64,000 bases of DNA from a virus: positions 67,446 to 131,445 of IMG/VR virus record IMGVR_UViG_3300007760_001422, one strand, 5' to 3'. Under the pieces are notes generated by a model. The model searched no databases. It saw nothing but the letters and a program-made list of their open reading frames with translations, and was not told where the DNA came from. The position numbers were made by a program, and so were the translations under genes. This document shows, one piece after another, positions 1-9,534 of this stretch (position 1 is the stretch's first letter; every line of letters starts with the position of its first letter).

Positions 1-1
1 G

Positions 2-3000
2 GGGGCCGCGGACGGAAAGGTTTCTTTGGTTTAACTCGTTATAAACCGATTTTTCTTCACTCTCAACATCCAAAAATCCCCTAGACATCACTTCGGGGCC
101 ACCGGGGGCAGAAAATCTCTCAACAAAAATATATTTGTTGATGCTGCCACTAGTTCTTTCCGTGAGATCGTGGTCCATGACTCCAGATATAATCGTTTGA
201 TTGGGTACTGCAGAGTTGTTGACCGTAATCCCTTCAGCCTTAACAAAGAAGCGATTATTCACTGATCGGCCGGAAGTTTGAACTATTTCATAATCACGCG
301 TATAGTTTCCTAACGAAGCCGGAATATTGCGCTCAAAATCAACAGAGCCGGTGATCGTTCGAATGTTTTTTATGTTAACTGGTCTTTTGGCGGTTTCATC
401 TCTATAATACATTGCGCGAGGAGCAGCATCGTTTGCGGCGGTACCGCGTTCATCGGCATTAACGGCGCCGCCGAAGTGGGTGCTTGTTGAGCGAAGAATG
501 TTTCCGCCCGGGCCGTGGAGATAAAATCCATATGGCGCGTTTCCACCGGTGCCGCCATGCATTATAAACTGAAAAAACCATGCTTCAGGTCTATTAACCA
601 TCTGGGATGTGCCATCATTGAGCGGTATGTGTCTATGTTGGTTCCCGCCAACCCATTTTTCCGTAAAAGGGCCCTGCATTGGCACATCGTGTGATTCACC
701 AACCATATCCGAGTGAGCGTTGGTGACTTCATAAAACTTATCAGTCAGACGAGTACTATCTATACGCTGGCCATTAAAGGCATATCTTACCCATAAATTG
801 TGGTTTGAAACTGCTCCGCCGTCATTCGAGCCCGTGGCGAAAGAAGAAGATATAATATTAAATGGAATAAATGTATTTCCCTCTTCTCTGTTTGGAATTG
901 GTTTTCCGGGCAGGGCAATGTTCATTTTCATGCCCACTTTTTTGTTTTTGTTTGTTCGGAGCGCATATTCATCGGTGCAAGACTCGGCGTCCTTCAGTCG
1001 ACTTATGCCGGCTGCGTCAATACCGGAATATCTTTCATTCCACATCCGGAGGGCCCACTCGCTAGTGCCATCATATCCAGTATATTTGCCCGGTCTAAGT
1101 GTCTTCCACCAGTTTGGTTTTTTGTTGGGATCAAAATTGACGCCGCCATGAATTAATCTAGATTTTTCTATTTTTAATTTATATGGTTTTGTAAATCTTC
1201 TAACAGCATAGGTCGAGCCTCTATATGTTGTGCCTGTTTCTGTTGCTAACAATGGCCCAGAACCAGAAACAGCAGTGGTTGTTATTACACTCTGAAGACC
1301 TTTTCTGTCGCTATCGACGCCAGTATCACCAGAACCAGTAGCAGACAACGGTATGGTGGTACCATCCTTTTCGGCCCTCTCTTTCCACCACAAACAATTT
1401 TCATATTCCTTCTCGCTAGGTGGAGCGTGGCCGTATTCCCAATCATATGTAAGCTCATTGATCCCCTTGATGTGACCAATGGGATCAGATTGTTTAGATT
1501 CTAGTGTTGGAAACTTGTGATGATATTTACTTCTCTCCAGAATGTGACTTTCGATCATCGTTCTCAAGCCGTCAGAGAATTGCGCTGAAGCTGGCACCAG
1601 CTGCATCAACATATCACCTACCGCCGAATCAATCCATTTATAATAGCTTACAAACTTATCCAAATCTGGTGTGTTTTCAATTCTTTCAAAGAAAAGCTGC
1701 CTTAATTTAGCCAAACTCTTATACTCTGGTCGATATTTATTGACCGGCTCGCCTATAAGATTATTAAACTCTATTACCGAAGACATAAACTTGAGCATTT
1801 CTTCTGATATTGTTTGGTACATGCTTTTTTCAAAAGCGAATAAAAATTTATTTTCCTTCTGGTTGCGTTTAAATATTTTATCTTCGTCGCCCCGTGAACT
1901 CACCATATCGGAAGATAACAAAACTTCAGGCTTTTGTTGGCGGCCAGAATAAATATATTCTCTTTGAATGGCATCAGTCGAATTAGCCGGGAAATGATCG
2001 GCGCGCGCAAGATGTTGCCTTTTGGCTATGTCCCCCAGCCAACCATAACGATCCATTAATTCCGAAGAACCGGAGGAAACATCTGGGACTGAAAACTGTC
2101 CGGACGCGTCCGAAGTTGCAATTGTTTCAAAATCCCAATGCAGCGCCAATGTGTCCATTTGGGGGATTGAACCTGATATGTCTTTTTGAGACAAGAAGGC
2201 GCTTCTATATGGATTTAGTGTTCCATAGTTTAAAACGTCGCGCGCGTGCATTCGTAGTGTTCTATCAGAAAGATAATCAATCCAATATCTAACAGCGCCG
2301 ACCTTAACATCTGTGTAATTTACGACCGAACTACTGAATTCGGTTCTTAAAGCTCCGGCATATACTTTTTTAGGTGTTGTTAATAATTCTAGAGCTTGTG
2401 AGCGAGCAATGCTTGAAGTGAGAAAAAACTCATTATAAATTGTATCACCGACACTGTTGATTCCGGAAAAGACTAAATCATAGTCGCTTTGCACATCATC
2501 ACTACCAGAAACAACGTTGATATTTAAATCTTTTTGCGGCTTTAACCTCAAAGATATGTTCCAATTCGAGTTGTCGTAAACGTTTTTGTATACACTGCTC
2601 GTCATCAACGGCACCATCGTACCGGTTACTTTAAAATAAGCATCTTTGTCTGTATATTGAGAAGAACCCTGTATACCGGCAAAAGAAGGTCTTACGGCAA
2701 ATATGTTAAAGCTGGGTGCCGTAGATAAGGAGGACGTTGATTGTATACCAAAAAGAGAAGCGTGAGTATGCGTAAACTCTTTATATAGTGGGTTATACCT
2801 TGGAGCTTTTTTGGGAAAGAAAAACTCCGCTTCTGCTGTCATCGGGAGTCCTATTTCTTTTTGTTCGCCCTGTGAGCCAGAAATGGCGCCGCTTAAATGA
2901 TGATCGGTATCACTCTCATATTGATATATTGTACTACCATATCTATCCGGGTGGTTAAAATCAACATAATTCTTTCGAGTTGTGACCTGTCTATAAGTAT

Positions 3001-5602
3001 CTTCAAATTCAAATGTATAATTGTCGGCATAAATATTTAATCTTATCAGCTCATCATCTATTCCAAAACAACGAATTAAATTTCTAAAGGCTTTTTCTGT
3101 ACCTTTGGATTTATAAATTGTTGTTAAATTGTTATATATGTTTTGGTATATAAGATTTTTTACATTATAGATTTTGTCTTTATATATTTTATCGTCGCCG
3201 CGGCTCAAAAAATATTCAACTGCGTCAGCGTCAGCAAAGAGTTCCGATACCGAAAAACCCATCGAGGAAAGCAGCCTATCGGAAAATGGCATAGGCTTGT
3301 ATATACTGCCTGTGGCTTCCGGGGCAAAGCTTCCAGTTATAAATTTATTGTCTTTGAGGTTTGGAAGAGACTCAATTTGCATCCACAGCGTGTCAAAGTA
3401 ACTTGCCATCATTTGTGTCAAGTTCTTTAAATGAGTGGAGCCAGCACGGTTCTCTTCCTCTACTATCCATTCTGGAAACGTATTGTATAATGCGGCGTTG
3501 TTTTCATAGTCATGTTTCTTGCCTAATAAAATTTTTGTATTATACAAACTTAAAACGTCCGGATGGGTAGAGTAAATTATTGGGTCTTTATATTCCATGG
3601 GCACTTTGCCCGCCTCTACCATGGCCGATCCGGTATATCTAGAGACGCTAGAATAACCAATCCAATCACCATTGCTAATTCGGCCAGAATAGTCCAACAC
3701 CTTCATATCAATGGAGGAGGTGGCAGTTATACCTTCATTAAATTTATAATAGACCCCCAAAGATGTATTGGCATCGTCTGTATTCGTTCCTCCACCAACT
3801 TGACCAAACCAATTGGTACCCACGTCGCGGGAATTTCTAGAGGTCTTCCAAAATCTAAACTCATCAATGGAAGCTGATAGTTTTCCCCATCCGAGGTTAG
3901 CAGAGAGAGTGCCTGATGGGGGCGCTGCAAGTGCGCCAATGGTTGAAATTAAGGCACCACTTACTGGAGAGATGGGGTTTCCACCAGTATATGTATCGTT
4001 ATAATCTCCATCAAGATATAAAACTGCTTTTGGGTGATTATTGAATTTTGATACTTCCCACAAAAGACCACTAGAACCAGTGCTGTGGCTAAAGTTTATC
4101 ATGTGGCCGGAATTCGAGCCAATTTCGTCTAATATCTGATAATTTGGGCCGGCCCCGAGAGCGTTACTGCCCATCTTCCACCAATTAGATAAGTTGGCTA
4201 TTTTAGAGTGGTTTCTTAAATCCAAATAAACGCCGTTATTATACAATTCTAAAACGTCGCCGGCTTCAAGTTCTGCGTTCCAGATTGATATTTCATCCAG
4301 ATAGCCATCGAAGCCTTTTAATGCTGGTGATGTCCAGTTGCTTTCATAATAGAGGCCTCCGATATAAAAATGATCATTTATGGGCGCTGCGCCGGCCTCA
4401 TCAGTAAGATCGGTGTCGACAGCTGTTTCGCCCTTTACCACCACGCCATCAACATATACTTTATATTTTGCGCCGCCATTATCATAAACCACGAGCGTTA
4501 CATGGTGCCAGTCTCCATCAGCATAATTTGTGCTGGATATAACTGTATTGTCACCGCCAAAAATTGTATATAATCTTCCAGTAGAGGCTTGCATATATAT
4601 AATGCCGCCAGTACCAAATGCAGAGCCCAGCGCATTTGTTGCACTCAAGAATAAAGTTTCGTTTTGAGACGGTGTGTTATCTCTGCGGAACCATAAAGAT
4701 ATTGCATATTCTGGCGTTGCAGAGAGCCATGGCCAAAAATCGTGTTCCATATCGAGATATGTACTTGAGCCAGCTTCGTTGACGGAATTATCGAATTTGA
4801 TGGCACTTTCTCTTACCGTATCAAAGGATATAGCATAATGGTGCCAACTATCATCGGCAATCGAACCTGTCCCTAAATTAGAACCAAGCGAGGCAGTGGC
4901 AAAACCAGAAGTGCCCGACATATATGTAACGAGAAAGCCAGAATTTAAATCATGCGATGATGCTGTTAGCTCTACAGATAATCGACCATAATCACTGCTT
5001 GTCCAAACACTTGAGGTTGTTACAACATCAAAAATAACCTCTCGTTTTGTCTTGGCGGTATCAAATGCCGACTTTTTAAGCCAAAATTCCACAGCATTGC
5101 CAGAACTTCCACCAAATCTTAAATTTGAATCTCTATGTTTTGATAAATCATAAATATTATCTTTATGGGGGCCGCCTTTTGTAAAAATATATTCAGCCAA
5201 AGAACTGCTTCCATAATCATCAACTATTTGGCCAACGGTACCGTATGAGTTTGCAGCAAATTTAATATATCCGTTCGTTCTGGGGTATTCTTGCTCAAAC
5301 ATATATAAATCTATATAAGATGAACTATTATACCACTCCATCACCTCGTGTCGAGAACCATCATATGGATATTGATTATAAATTCTTTTTATAGCATCAT
5401 CGTAATAGCTTTCAGCCGAACCAAATTTAGCAAAATTTGCCGGATCGGAAAAGTCGACGGGCGGAACAAACCTCTCTTCGTCTTCTGTATATGATTTAAC
5501 CAGTCTTGTTGATTCTACATCTTGTGCTAATTCTTCCAAGGACGTGCTTGGTAGGTGTTTGAAGTTTTTCTTTTTTTTACCAAAATATTTTTTAATACTC
5601 AT
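2..5602 (-). CDS. Very large virion structural protein (LamG/concanavalin-like domains plus baseplate-wedge motif), 3' end runs off the window; >1867 aa
   Basis: Not in the ORF track because it has no stop in the window. Manual translation from ATG at 5602 (MSIKKYFGKKKKNFKHLPSTSLEELAQDVES...) stays open to position 2. It contains LamG motifs (AVEFWLKK, WHHYAISF, WHHVTLVV, YVDG, FDGYLDEISIWN, IDEFRFWK) and IYKSKGTEKAFRNLIRCFG (~3065-3125), which resembles the KGT motif of T4 gp7/P2 gpI-type wedge proteins. Confidence 0.85.
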   Translation of the reverse strand, partial: MSIKKYFGKKKKNFKHLPSTSLEELAQDVESTRLVKSYTEDEERFVPPVDFSDPANFAKFGSAESYYDDAIKRIYNQYPYDGSRHEVMEWYNSSSYIDLYMFEQEYPRTNGYIKFAANSYGTVGQIVDDYGSSSLAEYIFTKGGPHKDNIYDLSKHRDSNLRFGGSSGNAVEFWLKKSAFDTAKTKREVIFDVVTTSSVWTSSDYGRLSVELTASSHDLNSGFLVTYMSGTSGFATASLGSNLGTGSIADDSWHHYAISFDTVRESAIKFDNSVNEAGSSTYLDMEHDFWPWLSATPEYAISLWFRRDNTPSQNETLFLSATNALGSAFGTGGIIYMQASTGRLYTIFGGDNTVISSTNYADGDWHHVTLVVYDNGGAKYKVYVDGVVVKGETAVDTDLTDEAGAAPINDHFYIGGLYYESNWTSPALKGFDGYLDEISIWNAELEAGDVLELYNNGVYLDLRNHSKIANLSNWWKMGSNALGAGPNYQILDEIGSNSGHMINFSHSTGSSGLLWEVSKFNNHPKAVLYLDGDYNDTYTGGNPISPVSGALISTIGALAAPPSGTLSANLGWGKLSASIDEFRFWKTSRNSRDVGTNWFGQVGGGTNTDDANTSLGVYYKFNEGITATSSIDMKVLDYSGRISNGDWIGYSSVSRYTGSAMVEAGKVPMEYKDPIIYSTHPDVLSLYNTKILLGKKHDYENNAALYNTFPEWIVEEENRAGSTHLKNLTQMMASYFDTLWMQIESLPNLKDNKFITGSFAPEATGSIYKPMPFSDRLLSSMGFSVSELFADADAVEYFLSRGDDKIYKDKIYNVKNLIYQNIYNNLTTIYKSKGTEKAFRNLIRCFGIDDELIRLNIYADNYTFEFEDTYRQVTTRKNYVDFNHPDRYGSTIYQYESDTDHHLSGAISGSQGEQKEIGLPMTAEAEFFFPKKAPRYNPLYKEFTHTHASLFGIQSTSSLSTAPSFNIFAVRPSFAGIQGSSQYTDKDAYFKVTGTMVPLMTSSVYKNVYDNSNWNISLRLKPQKDLNINVVSGSDDVQSDYDLVFSGINSVGDTIYNEFFLTSSIARSQALELLTTPKKVYAGALRTEFSSSVVNYTDVKVGAVRYWIDYLSDRTLRMHARDVLNYGTLNPYRSAFLSQKDISGSIPQMDTLALHWDFETIATSDASGQFSVPDVSSGSSELMDRYGWLGDIAKRQHLARADHFPANSTDAIQREYIYSGRQQKPEVLLSSDMVSSRGDEDKIFKRNQKENKFLFAFEKSMYQTISEEMLKFMSSVIEFNNLIGEPVNKYRPEYKSLAKLRQLFFERIENTPDLDKFVSYYKWIDSAVGDMLMQLVPASAQFSDGLRTMIESHILERSKYHHKFPTLESKQSDPIGHIKGINELTYDWEYGHAPPSEKEYENCLWWKERAEKDGTTIPLSATGSGDTGVDSDRKGLQSVITTTAVSGSGPLLATETGTTYRGSTYAVRRFTKPYKLKIEKSRLIHGGVNFDPNKKPNWWKTLRPGKYTGYDGTSEWALRMWNERYSGIDAAGISRLKDAESCTDEYALRTNKNKKVGMKMNIALPGKPIPNREEGNTFIPFNIISSSFATGSNDGGAVSNHNLWVRYAFNGQRIDSTRLTDKFYEVTNAHSDMVGESHDVPMQGPFTEKWVGGNQHRHIPLNDGTSQMVNRPEAWFFQFIMHGGTGGNAPYGFYLHGPGGNILRSTSTHFGGAVNADERGTAANDAAPRAMYYRDETAKRPVNIKNIRTITGSVDFERNIPASLGNYTRDYEIVQTSGRSVNNRFFVKAEGITVNNSAVPNQTIISGVMDHDLTERTSGSINKYIFVERFSAPGGPEVMSRGFLDVESEEKSVYNELNQRNLSVRGP

Positions 5603-5604
5603 GT

Positions 5605-7173
5605 TTATTCGACTCTAAATTTAAAAACTTCTTCTTGTTCATGATATGAATTGTTTACATAATAAACAAACTTTATTCCATATTGATAATCCGCCTCAAG
5701 CATCGACAGATCTAGATCAAAATAATTTCCGGACACGTCGTGTGAAAGTTTTGTATGTTGTAAACTTCCCGTACCATATTCAATTATATCTGTTTCATCA
5801 GAAACTCTAAACAATTTGTAATAAGCATCATCAATTATTGCATTTTTAATAATGCTTGTTGCCTTTGTGTAAATAGTTGGATTCCAATCTTTTTCGCGAA
5901 CATACAGCCTAAATCTAGCTTCTTCATCCGGAGAATAAATTGGCTTTAAATTTGTTATAGAGGTCACATATTTTGGATTTGGATTAATTTCCAAGGCACC
6001 CATTTGTATGGGAACAAACGAACCAGTAAAATATGCTTTCTCCGGTGTTGGATGCACTGTACCACTAAACCACCTATCATATACAAGAGCGGCTGTTGTA
6101 TCGAGAGCAAACGAAGCACTATAGGTTCCTGTGGTAACATGGCCGCCCGTTATAACGTTGTCCAAAACTGTCAAACTGCCACTGCCAACTGGAGATAACT
6201 GGGCGCCACCTGATGCAGACGTGTATAATTTAACAAATATTTGGCCCTTTCCGGGGCCTGCAGGTGTTATCTGCGGTATATCTTTTAGTTGCCCCCTCAC
6301 ATAATTGTATAAATATAGTGTATTTAAATTGTCATTGTGATCTGCAAGAGAACTGCTTGCTATAAATTTCCCTCTATCATCTTTTGTAGACGAATCCCAC
6401 CGGGCCTCTATTGTTGGCCTTTTAAAGAAATATTCGCTTGAGCGCGCAAAGAATTTCTTTGTGTAATAAGATTTTGTGGCGCCTTGCAGGTTGTGTATTA
6501 TTGCGCCTTCGTTTGCATTTGTTGAGCTTGAAAAATATGTTTCTTGACTAGCGGTTAATAATAACTGGATACCGTAATTTTCCTTTTGCGGAAGTTTGCT
6601 CAACGGGGCGGCCTGAACAATGCTCTGACTTAACCACTGCTCCACTAAAGGAGTTATATTAACTTCTAGATCCTCTGTCCCTTTATCAAAATAAAAATCA
6701 AAAGAAGATGATGCATCCAAATGGTGATCGCCCCCTTGTGTTGTCCACAGGCCATTATCTGTGCTAGCCGACAGGGATGCAGACTCCCAGTTGCAGGCGC
6801 CCAGATCTTTATATGTTTCCATATCCAAGCCTGTACCTTCAGTCCACACACGAGAAACCGCAGCAACAGTTATTGTAAATTGTTTTGGCAATGTCTCTGT
6901 GTGTTCGGCGTTATACAACTTTAAAACAAAATCAACACTTCCAGATGCGGGAATGGCCGATGTGTTTCTATCATCAACTATAGTTGAGACCGGAAATTGA
7001 ATCAGTGCTCGGGAAAGCTCCGATGAAGCTGAATTTGCCTGTGCAAAAATTGAAAACACTTCTAATGTGTCTGCCGCACCCATGTTGGAGCCCGTTGCCC
7101 TATTAGACAAATTTGCCTTAAATGCATTAGTAATTGTAGCATCTTTTGTTGCTGTATAACGCTTTATTCCCAT
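5605..7173 (-). CDS. Putative virion structural protein (DNRLRE-like N-terminal beta domain, Ig-like C-terminus)
   Basis: 522-aa ORF, DATIT...N.G...LEV...SRALIQF pattern, Ser/Thr/Gly-rich, abuts baseplate genes. Confidence 0.6.
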   Translation of the reverse strand: MGIKRYTATKDATITNAFKANLSNRATGSNMGAADTLEVFSIFAQANSASSELSRALIQFPVSTIVDDRNTSAIPASGSVDFVLKLYNAEHTETLPKQFTITVAAVSRVWTEGTGLDMETYKDLGACNWESASLSASTDNGLWTTQGGDHHLDASSSFDFYFDKGTEDLEVNITPLVEQWLSQSIVQAAPLSKLPQKENYGIQLLLTASQETYFSSSTNANEGAIIHNLQGATKSYYTKKFFARSSEYFFKRPTIEARWDSSTKDDRGKFIASSSLADHNDNLNTLYLYNYVRGQLKDIPQITPAGPGKGQIFVKLYTSASGGAQLSPVGSGSLTVLDNVITGGHVTTGTYSASFALDTTAALVYDRWFSGTVHPTPEKAYFTGSFVPIQMGALEINPNPKYVTSITNLKPIYSPDEEARFRLYVREKDWNPTIYTKATSIIKNAIIDDAYYKLFRVSDETDIIEYGTGSLQHTKLSHDVSGNYFDLDLSMLEADYQYGIKFVYYVNNSYHEQEEVFKFRVE

Positions 7174-8975
7174 TATCTGATAACACCTTTTATATCTATG
7201 TCTGGATATTTCATTTCCAAAATTACACTCTCTGGTATTATGACCCAGCGGCCATCGGCCGTTTTGTTTTCTCTGAAGTCATAACTAAAATCGGAATACA
7301 AGCCTCCGGAGCGATCTAATATTTTAATATTTGTCACATCTATTACTCCGGGTGTCGTATTAATTATTTTTGCAATTTCATACAGCGGCAGCGCTTCGCC
7401 TATCTCCATTTTTTGAAAGAAGAGTTCATCTTGCAACCTTATATTAATATCGTTCAATAAGGTGAATTTATTTGTGCCGGTTTCTGATATTGCTTCGAAA
7501 AATATACCAAAATTCAAAATAGAGGCATCGATAATATCAACCGTATCGTTGACCATTTTATATCTATTTATCCACATTTTTAAGTTTTCTTTAAGAACCA
7601 TGTTCGGCTGCGCGAGAGAGCCATCAAAGCTTTCTGCCGCAATATACATATTCAAGTTTCTTCTTAAAGATTCGGCGTCTTGACTCACGCCGGCGCGCTT
7701 TATTGAGCCAAATCTTGCCGGCATCCGATACGCCAATGCAACATAATCTTCTCTTGTTACTGCTCTATTTTGTGTAGCATATATATCTAATATTCTTTGT
7801 CTTATTTCGCGCGTTGATGGAAGAGATATGTCACCCACAACAGGCTCTTCGTTAGAAACTTCTAGCGAGCCTATAACATAAAGGACCCAACTATCGTCTA
7901 GTGTTTGATCGGTTGGAAATTCGAATAGTGGCTCAACAACTCCAGTGATCGTATTCGCTCCCGCATTGACGGTGTTCGCTGTATTTAGTCTATATGTTAT
8001 AGTGAGGGTTGTATCTGATGGGGAAATTCCCATTTTATCCGTCGACAAAAGGTCCATCGGATCAAACGTTTCTTCTGCAGTATAGTTTTTAGCATGTGTT
8101 TTTAAAATAACTTCGGCAGGATCTGCCAAGGTCTCTGTTGTGATCTGATCATCAGAGCCATGACCAAATTGGAGATATGTAAAGTTTGTATCCTGTTCAA
8201 CTACAAATCTACGCGGTACTGGTACCGGCTTCAATATATTAGGTGCCAATTCTTTAGTGTCAGAGTCATAATTCATCACCGATGTGTGCACAATATCCTG
8301 CGAGAGATAATCGACTTCAAAAAATTCGTGACCTTCAGAGTCCGTTATGGAAACTATTTCCGCTATATTTTCAGCTTCCAACCTTAATCTTAAAAACTTT
8401 TGAAATGCGCCAACAGGAATAACCTCTATATCTATATCTCCAGAAATTACTTTTCCAAAAGACTTTATTGCGTACGCAGTGGGGGCACCAGTATCATCAT
8501 CGACAGTGGCGACAACAATTTCATTGTTTGTGTTGCTAAAATCTATATCTTCATTGAGGGTATAAATATTTCCACCCGTGGATGCAAACTTGCTTCCTGC
8601 CCTTAAAACAGGCAAATAATCAGCATCTGGGCCATGGCCGGATGCATCCGATGGCACCAATACGTATGCTGCGACTGTTCCGTGGCCGGTTCGAGCCTGT
8701 TCATATTTATACCCTTGTTGTTTACCAAGCTTAATAATGTTGTCAAATTCTACTGCGGTATCTAAAAAAGATTCATTTGCCTGATAGTCTAAATAAAATG
8801 ATAATTGATCTCCAACGTATGAAACCATGTCGATCATCATCGAACCAAACGAAGCTTCGTTAAAATCCTTATATGTATTTGGATAGTAGCGGCGCGCGTA
8901 TTGTGTTAGATCATTTTTAATTGAATTAAAATCGCGGCCCGTATATTTAATTATCTTTTTTTTGTCATCAGACAT
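7173..8975 (-). CDS. Baseplate wedge subunit (T4 gp6 / baseplate J-like)
   Basis: YTGRDFNSIKNDL...YYPNTYKDFNEASFGSMMIDMVSYVGDQLSFYLDYQANESFLDTA and YATQNRAVTREDY are characteristic of gp6-like wedges. Confidence 0.9.
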   Translation of the reverse strand: MSDDKKKIIKYTGRDFNSIKNDLTQYARRYYPNTYKDFNEASFGSMMIDMVSYVGDQLSFYLDYQANESFLDTAVEFDNIIKLGKQQGYKYEQARTGHGTVAAYVLVPSDASGHGPDADYLPVLRAGSKFASTGGNIYTLNEDIDFSNTNNEIVVATVDDDTGAPTAYAIKSFGKVISGDIDIEVIPVGAFQKFLRLRLEAENIAEIVSITDSEGHEFFEVDYLSQDIVHTSVMNYDSDTKELAPNILKPVPVPRRFVVEQDTNFTYLQFGHGSDDQITTETLADPAEVILKTHAKNYTAEETFDPMDLLSTDKMGISPSDTTLTITYRLNTANTVNAGANTITGVVEPLFEFPTDQTLDDSWVLYVIGSLEVSNEEPVVGDISLPSTREIRQRILDIYATQNRAVTREDYVALAYRMPARFGSIKRAGVSQDAESLRRNLNMYIAAESFDGSLAQPNMVLKENLKMWINRYKMVNDTVDIIDASILNFGIFFEAISETGTNKFTLLNDINIRLQDELFFQKMEIGEALPLYEIAKIINTTPGVIDVTNIKILDRSGGLYSDFSYDFRENKTADGRWVIIPESVILEMKYPDIDIKGVIR

Positions 8976-8999
8976 AGAATATTTTTCCTTTAAAAATAA

Positions 9000-9425
9000 T
9001 TAGTTTATCCCAACAGTTATATCTAAAATCTCTTGCACATCAAGTGGCTGTATTGTAAATTCCACTCTTATGCTCAAAGAGTGCATGTCTGTGCTTACCT
9101 CGTTGGGAGTCATCATACCTAGGCCCATTTCAGATGTTTCGTTTGAAAAATAAACTTCATTTATTGCCACAAACGGCATATACATCGCGACTTGCTGGTT
9201 TATTCTTTCATATATTTCTCCGTGTATCTCTTCTGTATTCTGTTGAAACAAGAATGATGCTAGCCCAACGCCAAAACTTGTATCCATAATCTTTTCGCCG
9301 GGAATTGTTAATATTAAATTTTTAAGATTTTGTGCCACATTTTCTTTTACGGTCTTTGTCATTTCATAATGACCATCATTCATGTCTAGGGATAGGGGTA
9401 ATTTTGGAGATATTCCTGTTGCCAC
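9000..9425 (-). CDS. gp25/GPW-like baseplate (sheath-initiation) protein
   Basis: QNLKNLILTIPGEKIMDTSFGVGLASFLF is the GPW_gp25 signature. GTG start with GAGG SD. Confidence 0.9.
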   Translation of the reverse strand: MATGISPKLPLSLDMNDGHYEMTKTVKENVAQNLKNLILTIPGEKIMDTSFGVGLASFLFQQNTEEIHGEIYERINQQVAMYMPFVAINEVYFSNETSEMGLGMMTPNEVSTDMHSLSIRVEFTIQPLDVQEILDITVGIN

Positions 9426-9534
9426 TGTCTAATTCCTCGCGTCTCATTTACTAATTAGAAATTAATTATTTTTTCTTTACTTAACAATGGGCCAACTTGT
9501 ATAAAATTTATTAGTTGGCGATATTTTTTAGCAG

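Noticed and set aside
370-4573. Short ORFs listed by the track in 370-4573
   Set aside because: They are antisense or out-of-frame shadows of the single long minus-strand ORF starting at 5602.
9491-9519. Imperfect inverted repeat gccaact...agttggc as a terminator
   Set aside because: AT-rich imperfect stem with no U-tract on the coding (minus) strand; too weak to call.
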